Part shown: piece by piece, positions 24,154-35,358 of the stretch
How positions within the stretch are numbered: position 1 is the stretch's first letter
How the letters are laid out: every line of letters begins with the position of its first letter
Assembly: GCA_054600435.1 (NCBI GenBank)
Contig: BAAIJX010000006.1
Span: forward strand, 248,001-312,000
From: Neophaeotheca triangularis
Taxonomy: Eukaryota
Length of the DNA stretch: 64,000 nt
Reading direction: 5' to 3'
Position numbers and translations under genes: made by a program
Notes under the pieces: generated by a model
What the model was told of the DNA's origin: nothing
What the model saw: only the letters and a program-made list of their open reading frames with translations
The model's database searches: none

Positions 24154-24519
24154 TCATTCCCCACCAATATCATTCCCGTCACCGCGGAGAGTTGCTCTCT
24201 TTGCCTCATCCTCCCGCCAGATTCCCGTCACATGCTTGTGAAACTTCACACTCATCTGGGGCGACGAAAGTGGTGCTCCCCAAGAACGACTAGCCTCGCA
24301 AGCTCCCCACCGTTGCTCTCAGCAGCCAAACCAATGGCTGTCTGCAGCGCGTTTCTTATATCCCGGCCCTTCATCTCAATCTCTTGTACACTAGGGTCCT
24401 CGAGCACATGGTTTTTCGCACTGGGGCTGATTGACAACTGACCGGGATGCCCCTTAGCAAGCTTCTTGAAGAAACCGCGCCAAATACCCTGCCTCAAGAG
24501 CAGGAACATGGAGTCTGCT
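24154..24519 (-). pseudogene. C-terminal remnant of a fungal AAA+ ATPase (lid region)
   Basis: Across shifting frames: SRLHV, R.GIW.GFFKKL, KGRDIRNALQTAIGLA, VVL..HHF, then MSVKFHKHVTGIWREDEAKRA. This follows the SRIH...IW...NGRQIRN...TAIALA...HF...F..Y....DE..RA pattern. No Walker motifs were found. Confidence 0.55.
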
Positions 24520-25942
24520 TCGTGCTAGAATTGTCGGCCTGAGCCGTCTACCATCCGTCGAGTCCTACGCCTCGCAGGGACATACAGGCAAAGATGACAC
24601 TGCGCGGTCTCCCGCAAAGTTACGCATTAATGCAAAAACGCTATTAATTGAGACCACGCTTTCGTGCGGATTAGGCTACAGTGAACCACGAGAATCTGGC
24701 AATAGAATTATCGGACGGTCTGGTCCAGTTATGCGAAGATGTCGCGCATTGGAAAAAGCAGCTCCTTGTCTATTCAGGAGTTGTTTCTCTCCAGGCAGAC
24801 GTTCGTGATCTCTACGTTGTCAACTTCGACTTCCTGACTGACGTTTTTTTCCAGTGATCTCGCTCCGGTTGGAAACGCTTTTAGGCAAGCTTCGATCAGC
24901 ATGCCATGGAGAAGCTCTTCAATTCGAAGCGGGAGAGAATCCGTCGGCTGACTATCAAAATGGACCGCGCGGTCATCTTTGTAAATCAGGGAAGGCTGCT
25001 TGCCATGCATGACGGGCTCTTTCAAGGCGTCACCAAGGCGGACATGCTCGACACGCTTGACAAATTCGGGCAGCAGATACAGACACTCCTGAAAGATCCA
25101 GACATTGAACTCGACCGTATCCCACCGACCTTGGACTATCCGGAGCTAGAAACCAGCGCCGCCCCAGTCCTGAAGCATGAAGAAAATACCGTGCCGAGGG
25201 ATGCAGTCGAATGTTCGACGACGTCAACGACCTGAATTCGATGCTTACGGAGCCGATAAATGGTCTCAAGCTCTGTCTGAGCCGTGTCCAAACCTCGCAT
25301 TTCGAGGCAGATCGTGTTGTAGTCCACAAGTTGCGAACATACGCCGCCTCGCCCTATTATCGTCCTCTGTGGAATTGAATTCGTTCGAAGCAGATGCCGA
25401 AGAGGGCATACTGACGAGACCCTGAACATGGCGAGACTCGCTTTCGACTAAATTATGGAATTAGCAGCCGCCTCTGTTCGCAGCTCCAATGAAAAGTCTT
25501 TCGCCCAGCTTGCCTTGAACCTACGTCTCATCAGAGGCAATGAAGAACCGCACTCTGCGAATAGCAAATTTGTACAAGATGTACCTATATCCTGCCAACT
25601 ATTCTGCCAACTCCTAATGGCAAATGAGCGAGTAGTACGTGTTCTGCTGGATGTTGGCAGTCTTTCCCTACGGTTGTTGCCAAAGTTTGAAGACCGATTT
25701 GCAGGGTGTGAGAGTTCTTTCGAGTCTTCCACACTGTTGGCAGTTTCCGCTGAGCTTTTGTACTGTGTTGGATACACGCAGCACCTTGTAATTCCCGCGC
25801 AATGCTTCCGGTTGTTTACAGATCCTTGCACCACCACCTTTCGTAGGCCAGCATGCCCAGAGCGGACTCAAAAGACTCGGTTTCAAGACTCAAAGTAGGC
25901 GACGCCCACAGAGCATAGGTCGGCCAGTCCGTGGGAACCTTC

Positions 25943-27787
25943 TCAAGCAATCCAAACACTGCCCCTGCCCCTAGCAGCCTGCATAGCTTCCCAAACGCCC
26001 TCTCGCACAACCATCTGCTTCAACTCCTCAACCCTCTCCAGCTCTTTCTCAATCAAGCCTTTGCCCAACTCCTCCGTCACCTCGCCCTTAACCGCAGGAC
26101 TGTTGCCCCCAAACCACCCCTTCCACTCAAACCACCCAGCATCCCTGCTTCCCTCCCTCTCAGCACTGAGCTCTCGCTTCTCTCGCAACCGCAGAAGCAT
26201 AGTCTCCCAGTTACTCAACCCCGCGGTCAAGCACTCACGACACTTCTGCTTCTCCTCCCTAGCCGCTTGCGCAGATAACAGAGCGCCGCCGGACTCCCCT
26301 TTGGCTTCGGGCGCGTGTAAAGTCGCGTCAGCGATGTTGACAGCCTGACGTGTCCAGCCAAGCCCTTCGTCACTTTGCGCGCTGGTTGCGAACAGGATCT
26401 CGCCGATGTACAACATCAGCTCTGCCTCTTCGCAGCCCGGTTTGGCGCTCGTGCGCATCATCGGGTCGTCGCCGGATGGGGGTGGAGGGGGGAAGGGCGT
26501 GGGCTTTACCAGCTGCGCGATGAAGTCGAAAGCTTTGCCGTAGTCTGTTTTAGGCTCCGTGGTAGCGGGAGCGTCGGGGTTGATAGGGAATGGAGAGACG
26601 GGAGCCGCGCGGCGAGCTCGGAGGACGGAGAGGAGGATGGGTAAAGCGGTTTGAACGTCGCCTTTGCGGGCGGAGTGGATGGCATAGGCAGTGGTGGTGC
26701 GTAGGAGGTTGTATGAGGCGCCCGTGGAATCTTCTTCCATTTTCAGGACATTAGTGTGGCGGTCGATGATAGCGTCGGGGCTTGAGGGGAGCGCTTCACG
26801 CGCCATGTCGACGGCCCAGGCGTACATCTCGCCCGCGCTCTCTTCTGTGCCCTGGAACTCGAGCCAGTTGGCATAGCCAAGTGCGGCGTCGATGCGTTGC
26901 CGCGGTGTGAAGCCTACTCCGGTCAAGATGCGCATATAGTAGATTTCAGGCTTCGCAAAAGGCCTCACGCAGTTTTCCTCTCGGGGCGCAGCCTCCATAT
27001 ACCCAGGCACAGGCCTTGGGTCGGGGTTGCTGGGTCCGATCACAACCTCTTTCGGGAAAACCATGCCACCCCTCGTGACATCCGCGACCATTCCATCCAA
27101 ATGCTCAGCCGCAGCTGCACAACCCATTACTATTTCAAAATACCCAGCTCGCCAAGGGTAGCTCTTACTGCTCACATCAAAAGCCCTCGGCACGCCCTCT
27201 TCGCTCTCCAACCCCTCACCACCAACCTTCTCCAATCCCTTCCCATCGTTCTCCGTATCCTCAAGCGTTGCAAGGCAGTATCTAAGCTCCGAGCCCACCC
27301 TCGCCCAGTCCAAGATGTAGCCTGATCCCTCCCTTCCAGCACGAATACGGCTCCGCGCCGCTCTCAACAGAGACCTGGCGCTGTAGCTCCACTCGTCAGG
27401 CGTGGGGTTCCGTCGCTCATCACTTTCCATCACAACACCCATGTAGACGAGAAAGCCCAGGAAGCCGAAGGTCCAGATGATGAGCGTCCATTTTGCTGCA
27501 AGGTAGGTCTGCGAGCGAACGTAGGCGCGGGTTTCGGTTGAGAGAAGGCGGGCGAGTTGAGGGTTTGGGCCGAGGAAGCTGGTGGTAGGGGCATTGCGTG
27601 CGCTTTGAGAGAGATACGGAACGTTGGGGCGGCGTTGCGGGTGAGAGACCAGTAGGCGCTGGGTGTTTTGCGTGAACAGGCGCGGTCGGGGTTGGAGAAG
27701 GCTAGTGTCGGCGGTCCGAGGATTGCTTGGAGGCCGTAAGGGACGCAGAGTGGGTATTCTTGCAGTGGGGAGTTTGCGGGAGAGCAT
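25943..27787 (-). CDS. Conserved fungal protein, probably mitochondrial (presequence-like N-terminus, one TM segment, helical repeat-like body)
   Basis: Long intact ORF with an Arg-rich, acid-poor N-terminus (MLSRKLPTAR...), a TM segment LIIWTFGFLGFLVYMGVV, and motifs ERRNPTPDEWS, VIGPSNPDPRP and CEEAELMLYIGEILFA. Confidence 0.7.
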   Translation of the reverse strand: MLSRKLPTARIPTLRPLRPPSNPRTADTSLLQPRPRLFTQNTQRLLVSHPQRRPNVPYLSQSARNAPTTSFLGPNPQLARLLSTETRAYVRSQTYLAAKWTLIIWTFGFLGFLVYMGVVMESDERRNPTPDEWSYSARSLLRAARSRIRAGREGSGYILDWARVGSELRYCLATLEDTENDGKGLEKVGGEGLESEEGVPRAFDVSSKSYPWRAGYFEIVMGCAAAAEHLDGMVADVTRGGMVFPKEVVIGPSNPDPRPVPGYMEAAPREENCVRPFAKPEIYYMRILTGVGFTPRQRIDAALGYANWLEFQGTEESAGEMYAWAVDMAREALPSSPDAIIDRHTNVLKMEEDSTGASYNLLRTTTAYAIHSARKGDVQTALPILLSVLRARRAAPVSPFPINPDAPATTEPKTDYGKAFDFIAQLVKPTPFPPPPPSGDDPMMRTSAKPGCEEAELMLYIGEILFATSAQSDEGLGWTRQAVNIADATLHAPEAKGESGGALLSAQAAREEKQKCRECLTAGLSNWETMLLRLREKRELSAEREGSRDAGWFEWKGWFGGNSPAVKGEVTEELGKGLIEKELERVEELKQMVVREGVWEAMQAARGRGSVWIA

Positions 27788-28302
27788 ATTGGCGATATCC
27801 AAGCAGAATGCGCTCAAGGCAATTTGTGTTGATGGCAGAGGATGTTGCGTTTCATCAATCAGCACTTTGGTTACAAGGCGAGGTGCTCGGCCTCAGCCGG
27901 AGTGACTTCACCAGCGAGCTTCTGAAGCCCGGATTGGCTCGAAAGCATCCACGCTAACTCTGGGCTTTCACCGTGTAAACTTACCCAACATCCAAACCTC
28001 CGTAACAGTAACTTACCTTAGTTACCTGACACTCCCTTCTATGTCTTCCCAAGCATCGGAATGTAGAGACTTGCTAGGCATCCAGAAAGGCGTTTGGCCG
28101 ATCACAGTTGCGGCACTTCGGCCAGACGGCAATGGTGCGACGAAACACCCAACCGTGAAGATACTGTAATCGTTGGCGCCCCCTTCTCTTGGACCCGACA
28201 TGATGCGCTTCTCGAACGCTTCCGGTATAGGTGTGAGAGCATGAGCAGTGCTGATACGGATGTACCTACTATAACGCGAGAAGGCACCCGGTCACATCTA
28301 AT

Positions 28303-29768
28303 TCACCAAGGATACTGCCTCATCTTCTCCTCATTCTCAACCTCCAGACCTTCTTCCAGCTGCTCCCGATGCCTCTTGTCCAGATACTCTAGCAAAACAT
28401 CTCCATACCTATCCTTGCCCTTATATTTAGCCACATCATCGCTCCAGCTCCGCACCGCCTCCGCCAGCCGTCCAGGCACATACGGCTCCTCGCAGATCTC
28501 CGTTACAGGCAAAAAGTACGTGCGAATCGTGAAGGCGACTCCTCCGCTCCGCGGCAAGCGGCGCAGACTTTGTCGCTCGCTGCGAAAGTAATGGTGCTGG
28601 ATCGCTTTGTTCTTCTCTGCGGTGAACCACCCGGCGCCTTCTTCGTCCTCGCTGCCTATCGAAGTCGACCAGGGCAGCGAATCGTCGACTTGCAGGAAGT
28701 AGTTGTTTCTTAGAACGGGTGCGTCAGGTCTGACCCGGCGGAAAAAATTCATCATCCCTTTCTCGAGCTTCTGCTTAAAACCTGGGACGTCGCCGCTGGT
28801 GTGGATCTCGGATAGCGGCATGCCGAATTTGTCCTCCAGCCGCCAGAAACCGGCAAGTAGAATGGCTCCAGCTAGAAGGTAGTATTGCCCGTCTGGTCTC
28901 TCGAACATGATGGCGAGATCGTCCTGCGTCAGGCGTGCGCACAGTTGCATCGGGTCCTCGCGCACCCCATTCACCGTCAGCTCCCTTACGTTAAAGCGCT
29001 CATCGGTAACCATGTTATCGACCCCCATGTCTGTCTTGCGGAACATAGTAGGGTATCTATCACCCAAATACGCAGTTAGCTCTTCGAGCAGCTCGACGGC
29101 TCCGTCCCAGACTTTGGGATCGGGGTCCGTGAGGCAGCAGCGATGGCCGCGCTCGGCGATGCGTCGAGCTTTGTCTTCGTGAAAGCGGAGGTACTGGTTG
29201 TCGAGTTCGATCCAGTTGTCCCAGCCCATGGTGCGTAGGCCCATGGTGATATGGTAAGGTCCGTGCTGGAAGGGTCGATAGGGAAGGGGCTTTGTGTCTG
29301 TAACGGACCAGTCCTTGAGGGGTGGGGGTTGGGGGCGTTGAAAGTCGATTGGCGTCCATGCTGAAAGGCATTGGTCAGTAGTTGTCGGTATTGCATGGTG
29401 AGCATAGTCAAGGCGCCAATGGCATGGAGCTGACATCGATTCGAAATGCTACGCTTGCTTGACTTACTTCCAGGTGTTCGATCCGATGATTTGAACTTCC
29501 TCGAAACAAGGCTTCCGGCATCATTCTTACTCCCCGGCTTAATGCTAGCTTTACTCAGCCTCGACCTTGAGTGGTCTGATTGACGTCGCCTCCTCAAGAT
29601 CAAAAGCCGCTGAGCAAGATAAACGGCTCCGGCGAGCACAAGTCCAGCGATCAGGGCTTCTTTGAGAAGCTTTACGTTGGCCGGGTAATTTGGATGAAAC
29701 GCTCTGCGAAAGCTCGCCCACGCGTTCTTGTCATCCTGAACGGAAAAGAACTGTTGGGTCGACGACAT
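28303..29768 (-). CDS. DUF3445 / HRQ-family (heme-dependent oxidative N-demethylase alpha-like) protein (intron 29361-29467)
   Basis: PLPYRPF, YHITMGLR, WIELDN, QDDLAIM, GFWRLEDKFG..LSEIH, RNNYFLQ and RSERQSLRRLPRSG..FTIRTY. Confidence 0.85.
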
Positions 29769-30411
29769 GATTGAACGATCAGCGTTGAGATCCTTGGAGA
29801 GGCCACTGTCGAGCTAGTTGCATTGGGTTTTGCGACGATATTTTGCTAGCTATAGGGAATTACAACTGGAGTCATATGGTGGCATAAGAAATGCCCGATA
29901 CAGGACTCCTATCTCGAGAGGGGTTGACGAGATAGATAGTACGTACCCACCAACCACACAGATATGCCCAAGGTTGTTTCTTATCTCCGCCGCAGCACCT
30001 ATCACTGCAAAGCTACCAAGCTCTTTTGGGGGGGGAAATTGAGAAGGATACCAGCTTTTCCCGACAGACAGTATCTGCGAATTTCCCCATCCACTTACAT
30101 TCTTCGACGTTGGAAGATTGTCGAGGTGTTTGGCCTTGATTGAATTCGGCGCCGCCCTCGAGCAGCTATGATTGGCTCCGGGAATCTGACGCTATATCTG
30201 GGCTTTCAGCATGTCAAGAACAACATCTAGAGTTCGAGCTTCCCCTTCGAGCCTCCGACAACCTCAACTCGTAGTCGAGACCAGATCGCTTGCTGTCACC
30301 TTGGTGTATTCTGAAAGTCAGCAAGCATCCATTCATTAGGCTTTCAGCCTGCAAGTACGCTCCAATATCGCAAATAACAGACTACATATACCAAAGAGCG
30401 CTACGATCCTC

Positions 30412-30531
30412 AGATACGACCACAGCTCGCTGGAAAATCGGCGTCCCGTCCGCTCCGCCAATTGATAAGCAACGAAGCGGGTGATTAGTACTACGGTGGG
30501 TGACCACGTGGGAATTCCACCTGTTGTATCT
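30412..30531 (+). rRNA. Dispersed 5S rRNA gene (divergent variant)
   Basis: 120 nt. Terminal stem AGATACGAC/GTTGTATCT, loop C TCCCGTCCGCTC, TTAGTA and a GTGG-GTGA-CCAC hairpin. A T-run terminator follows immediately, and a TATA-like CATATA lies ~25 nt upstream. Confidence 0.92.
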
Positions 30532-30958
30532 TTTTTGCTCTTTTTTATGCTGTCTTTTCCGCGAAGATAGACAAGCCATGTGGTTGTCTGCGGAACGTCG
30601 AGGTCAGGCTCTCTTTCTATCACTCTCTGCAAGCCCCCACCGGCTTCGCGAATTAAGCTCAAGCACGTTGCGTTGCATATTCGCTACTAATCAGCCTCGC
30701 GAAGCTTTCGAATGTTGCCCCCTCATGACCAAAGAAAATACGAGGCCAGCAGTGACCGTAACGCCACTCTCGTCTATAGAGCGTTTTGATTCGAACAGTA
30801 GCTAGCACAGCTATCCGGTGGGCGAGAGACTACCCAGCTGGAACGTGACAACTTATATTCCGGTTTGACGTCTGATCGAGCATCGCTCTTCTGCATCACA
30901 ACCCGACATATCCCACAGAGCAAATGGTCCGCCTCAAGCCCAACGCTCAGCCTGTTGC

Positions 30959-32032
30959 CTAACACACATCTTCCACCTCGCCAACCTCTCCAGTAGCCGG
31001 TCCCAGATCCCCATTCAAAGTCCTGCCAAACAACTCAAGCAGCATCTGGAAGCAAATACCGGCTAAAGCCGGGTCATAACGGCCCTTGCTCAGCTCATCC
31101 CGGATGAAAGCATGTTGTGCCCACGCAGGTTCGTAGAAACTGAAAGTCACGCCGGCATCGTGCAGAGTCTTGCGAATCAGATCGCGGCCTTCGGGTGGAA
31201 CATGGTTGTCTCTTTTGCCGAAGATCTAGGTTCGTCATTGTATCAGCAGTGGATTAGAGGGGTAGAAGAGAAATAGATGGAGCAAGACCCACCATGACAA
31301 GCTCTCCCTTAATGTCCTCGACCCTTTGCAAAGAATCGTCCTTTTTCCCCTCACCGAGCGAGTGAGAGTGGATATCAGTAGCGAAATAACAAACCGCGGC
31401 TCTCACCCGACTGTCCATCGCGCACCTGAAGGCCAAATGCCCTCCCAAACACATCCCTGTAGCGCCAATTCGGCCATTGCAAGTTTCCAGCGAGGTCAAG
31501 AGGTCAACGGAGAGCGTGGCGTCCTCGTCGTAGGCTGATAGCTTTTTGGCGACTTTCCAGGCGTTGCCGTTGTCGGTGCCTGGGCCGTCGTAGGCGAGTG
31601 CTTCTGGGCCTGTGAACTCGTGGTAGGAGCTCGGGGCTGCGACTATGTAGCCGTGGGAGGCGATTTGGCGGGCAAAACGTTGGACTGGGCCGGTGACTGA
31701 GGAGGGAACGGGAAGGTTAGGAAGTCATTTCGGTTATGTCTTTTACTGACGCTGTACCTCCGTCGAGGCAGCCCGAAACTCCTGGCGTAACAGCTCGCGT
31801 TTGACCAAGATATACCGATGAACAGAGTGGTTACGACTTACCTTGGTAGATTTCACTGAAAACCACGACACCCGGGAACTTGGCCTTGGGGTAGTTTGGG
31901 ATGGTCGGGTGGAATATGAAGATGCCTACCTCGTTGTCAGAGCTTCGTCTGAAGTCGTTGTTTGGGAGTGATAGTACGCATGTCGCCGCCCGCCTTGGTG
32001 GGCACATCTTGGTGAGACTCTTGTACCAGCAT
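30959..32032 (-). CDS. Dienelactone hydrolase family protein (introns 31926-31977, 31697-31841, 31226-31292)
   Basis: PGVVVFSEIYQVTGPV.RFA, nucleophile motif GMCLGGHLA, FG..DNHVP and AQHAFIRDE. Confidence 0.9.
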
Positions 32033-32491
32033 CGTGGGGATTTATGCGTAAATTGCTATCGACTAGGTAGAAGCTGTCACTTTGAGACTCGACAATAAGT
32101 TAGACTCGCCGCCAGCTGTTTGTTTTGCAACGTGCTCGAATGGTCCGAGGTCGTTGGAAGTTTGATGCAAACAAAGAGCGCAGTCACTGGGTCTTGGCTT
32201 GCATGGATGTGGGGGTTGAATCATCATCGCTGAGGCGGGTGCTCTCCAGGTCTCCTTCCCGTCATCACCTAAAGCCGTGAAGCCTCCCCTCCGACCTCTT
32301 TCCCTCTTCCACCTTAGTAGGCTTCCCTCGGGTTGTCCCAAACCACTATCAAGACTCACTCTTCTACTACACCAATACCCAACCACGTTCAGCCCTTAGC
32401 CAGGCACGTTAACGTCGGCACAATCCATCACCGCCGACAACAACGCCCCCCCCTCCGCCGACACACGTCAGGGTCGTCCATTGGCTTCATC

Positions 32492-34749
32492 ATGTCCAAC
32501 CCGCCACCGGCCATCTCCAAGCCCATTCCGACGAGCTCCAAGTCCAGCAACCCACCTCAGACCTCCCCGGCAGTCTCTCAAACACAGCAATTCTTCTCAC
32601 ACGACAGTGGCAAGCGTCCCGCCGGCGCCCGCTCTTCCTCCGGCCCCCGCAACACTCAATCAGCCAAGCCCAGGCACAAGCAAGGCAAGCGCTTCAAGGC
32701 GTATGTGGACGAGGACGCAGATGCCGAGAGCACCATTATGCAGAATCCACATGGCAGGCGCGGGCAGCAGAGCATCACTCATTTGATGCAGTTTGCGCTA
32801 CCCCCGAGACCGCAGGTTCAGCATCAGCATCGTTTTCATCATGGATCTGGTAGGAGCTCAACGGGAAGGCGAACTTGGGGACTAGGGAGTGGTTATCACG
32901 CGGTGGATAAGGCGAGGTATGTTGATGGAATGGAGGGAGTAAATTGACGGAACACTGACAATGCGACAGGTATATCCACGCGAACTACCGCTTCATTGTC
33001 GATCCGCGTGGCGACTACCGCGCACAAGCCGAGGATGCCGATTTGCATTTGGACTGGAATGATGTCCTACAGATCATCGCATCCTCGAAGACGCAAAGCG
33101 CGTCCTGCCCGATTTGCTTGGGCGAGCCTACAGCACCGAGAATGGCCAAATGCGGCCACATCTTCTGCATGCCGTGTCTGATCCGGTACATGCATTCAGA
33201 CGACACCGATCGCCAGCATGCGTACGAGAAGAAGCCGAGATGGAAGAAATGCCCGATTTGCTGGGACAGCATCTACGTTTCTGAGACGCGCCCTGTTCGC
33301 TGGTATATTGGTCAGGAGAACGATGCTCCAAAAGAGGGCGGGGATATTGTGCTGCGGCTCATCAGGCGTAAGCCCGGAAACACGCTTGCGATGCCTCGAG
33401 AGAGTGCGAATACGGTTCCCAAAGGCGAAGCTACTCCTTGGTACTTTGCAGCAGAAGCAATGGACTACTCGAGAGTCATGAGAGGCAGCGAAGAATACAT
33501 GTCTGAGCAGTACGACGAGGCTATCGCAGCTGTTAAGATGCTGGAACAGGAAGATGAGCTGATGTTTGGTGAGGACGCCGAATGGACTGGCCGAGCCATA
33601 AGACTGCTCAACGAATGGAAAGAGAAGACAAAAGGCATGGGCAACCCTCCAGCACAACCAGCGAAGCCCGAACAGCAACAGGCCAAGCCAGAGCGTCCAC
33701 CGATTCAGTTCATGGATAGTGAGGACGGCGGCGTACCGCTAGCTGCTCAGCAGAGATATGATGCCATACACACACCCAGCAACGTGACGGAGCAGCCCAT
33801 CGCAGAAGAGCCAACGCCCGGTGCACAAGCGACAAACGATGGCATCGTGCCCAGAACCCTGCAGGAGATGAAGCAGCGGCAGTACGAGAAACCTCAACCC
33901 GCCGAGTACTTCTTCTACCAAGCACTGTTACACTACTACCTTTCACCTCTCGACATCCGAATCCTCAAATCCGCCTTTGGTACCTACAACGCTTTCCCGT
34001 CCAGCATTTTACCGCGTATTGAACGCGTGTCCACAGGTCACATCGTTGACGATGAGCTTCGAAAGCGCGTCAAGTACCTAGGACATTTGCCCTACGGGTG
34101 CGAAGTAGGCTTTTTAGAATGCGATTGGACGGACACTGTACCCCCAGAGGTTCTGGAAGAATTCAAACCGCATCTCGACAGGCGGAAGCGCCGAAACGAA
34201 GAGAAAGAAACGCGAGAGGAGAAGGATAGAATACGCATTGAGAAAGCGGCAGAGAAGGAATACGCTGCGGTTCGTCGGAAGCGACCAAGCATTTCCAATG
34301 ACAGCTTCTCTCAGCCTTTGCCCGGCTCTGTCACAGCGACAGACCCCAACCTTACCGATTCCTCGAACCAAGATGGCCAAACTGGCGCAAGCCCGCCTTG
34401 GGCCAATCGCGGTACTAGCGGCTTCGCATCTCTCGCTTCGCCATCCACATCACCCAACGCCAGCCGCACAGTCTGGGGCACCGCTGCTGTGGCACCCACG
34501 AGTCCTGACATGCACGCGCAACTCCCACTTGATTCATCCGTGGCACAAGACGACGGCTGGCTGCAGGGCTGGGAGCGCGATCTGCTAGATCAGCAGGACG
34601 TGGCCGCGCAGGTTGAGGCCATGGATTTGACAGACGAAGGCGGTGCGAGTGCGGGCGCTGGAGGGAAGAAGGGAGGTGGCGGCGGCAAGAAAAGCAAGAA
34701 GGGTAAGAAGATCACGTTGATGAGCACGACTGCTAGGAGAGCTGCTTGA
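32492..34749 (+). CDS. MAG2: RING-finger E3 ligase Mag2/RNF10 (intron 32917-32969)
   Basis: C3HC4 RING CPICL...CGHIFC..C...CPIC, plus YIHANYRF, YFFYQ and YLGHLPYGCEVGFLE. Confidence 0.88.
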
Positions 34750-35358
34750 GGCTGCCGTCATTCTGGAACTTGCAGGGTTGGTTCTTGTGGTTCACGATGC
34801 CAGGTAGTTGAAGGTGTCTTTGATAACGATATATACGTATACAGCGAGTAGAGCTTGTTGGTCACCGATGACTCGAGTACGAAGACTTAACGAGACCTTA
34901 TGATGCGAAAGTACCATGGAAATTGATCCTACCCTTCAGTTTGCCTGAGTCCACGGATCGAGGCATGTCATGGGCTCGAGACTTCACTTGGCCCGGTGTG
35001 TCTTCCCTTCGACGACGGCGCACGGTATCCGGCCCTCGGCTAGCGTGGAAAGATCTAAGCCAATCACGCAAGGCTAGGTACAGTACCTGCCTTTCATCTC
35101 ACTGTCAGAACGTGTAGTTCTCATGGACAATAAAGTATTTGTCGTGTCAGACCATATTAGGCGGAACGCAATGTGGCATGCTACTCGTGTTAAGCAGAGC
35201 CAAGTACCGCATAGTTTAAATAGGCATGTTGTATAGATGGCTCTCAAGAGCCCCTCGGAGTCATACCCCACCATAGATTTATTGATTTCTGAGTTGCCCC
35301 TCCAAGCTCAGTTTACGTCAACTCGCCCAAACAACAAAAGACCTCAGACATCACCACC

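Noticed and set aside
24906..25235. 109-aa plus-strand ORF
   Set aside because: No recognisable motif and it lies within a degenerate region, so it cannot be supported as a gene.
25943..27787. Possible transporter call for the 25943-27787 gene
   Set aside because: Only one TM segment is evident, which is incompatible with a multi-pass permease.
30336..30662. 108-aa minus-strand ORF
   Set aside because: It is antisense to the 5S rRNA gene and has no recognisable protein features.
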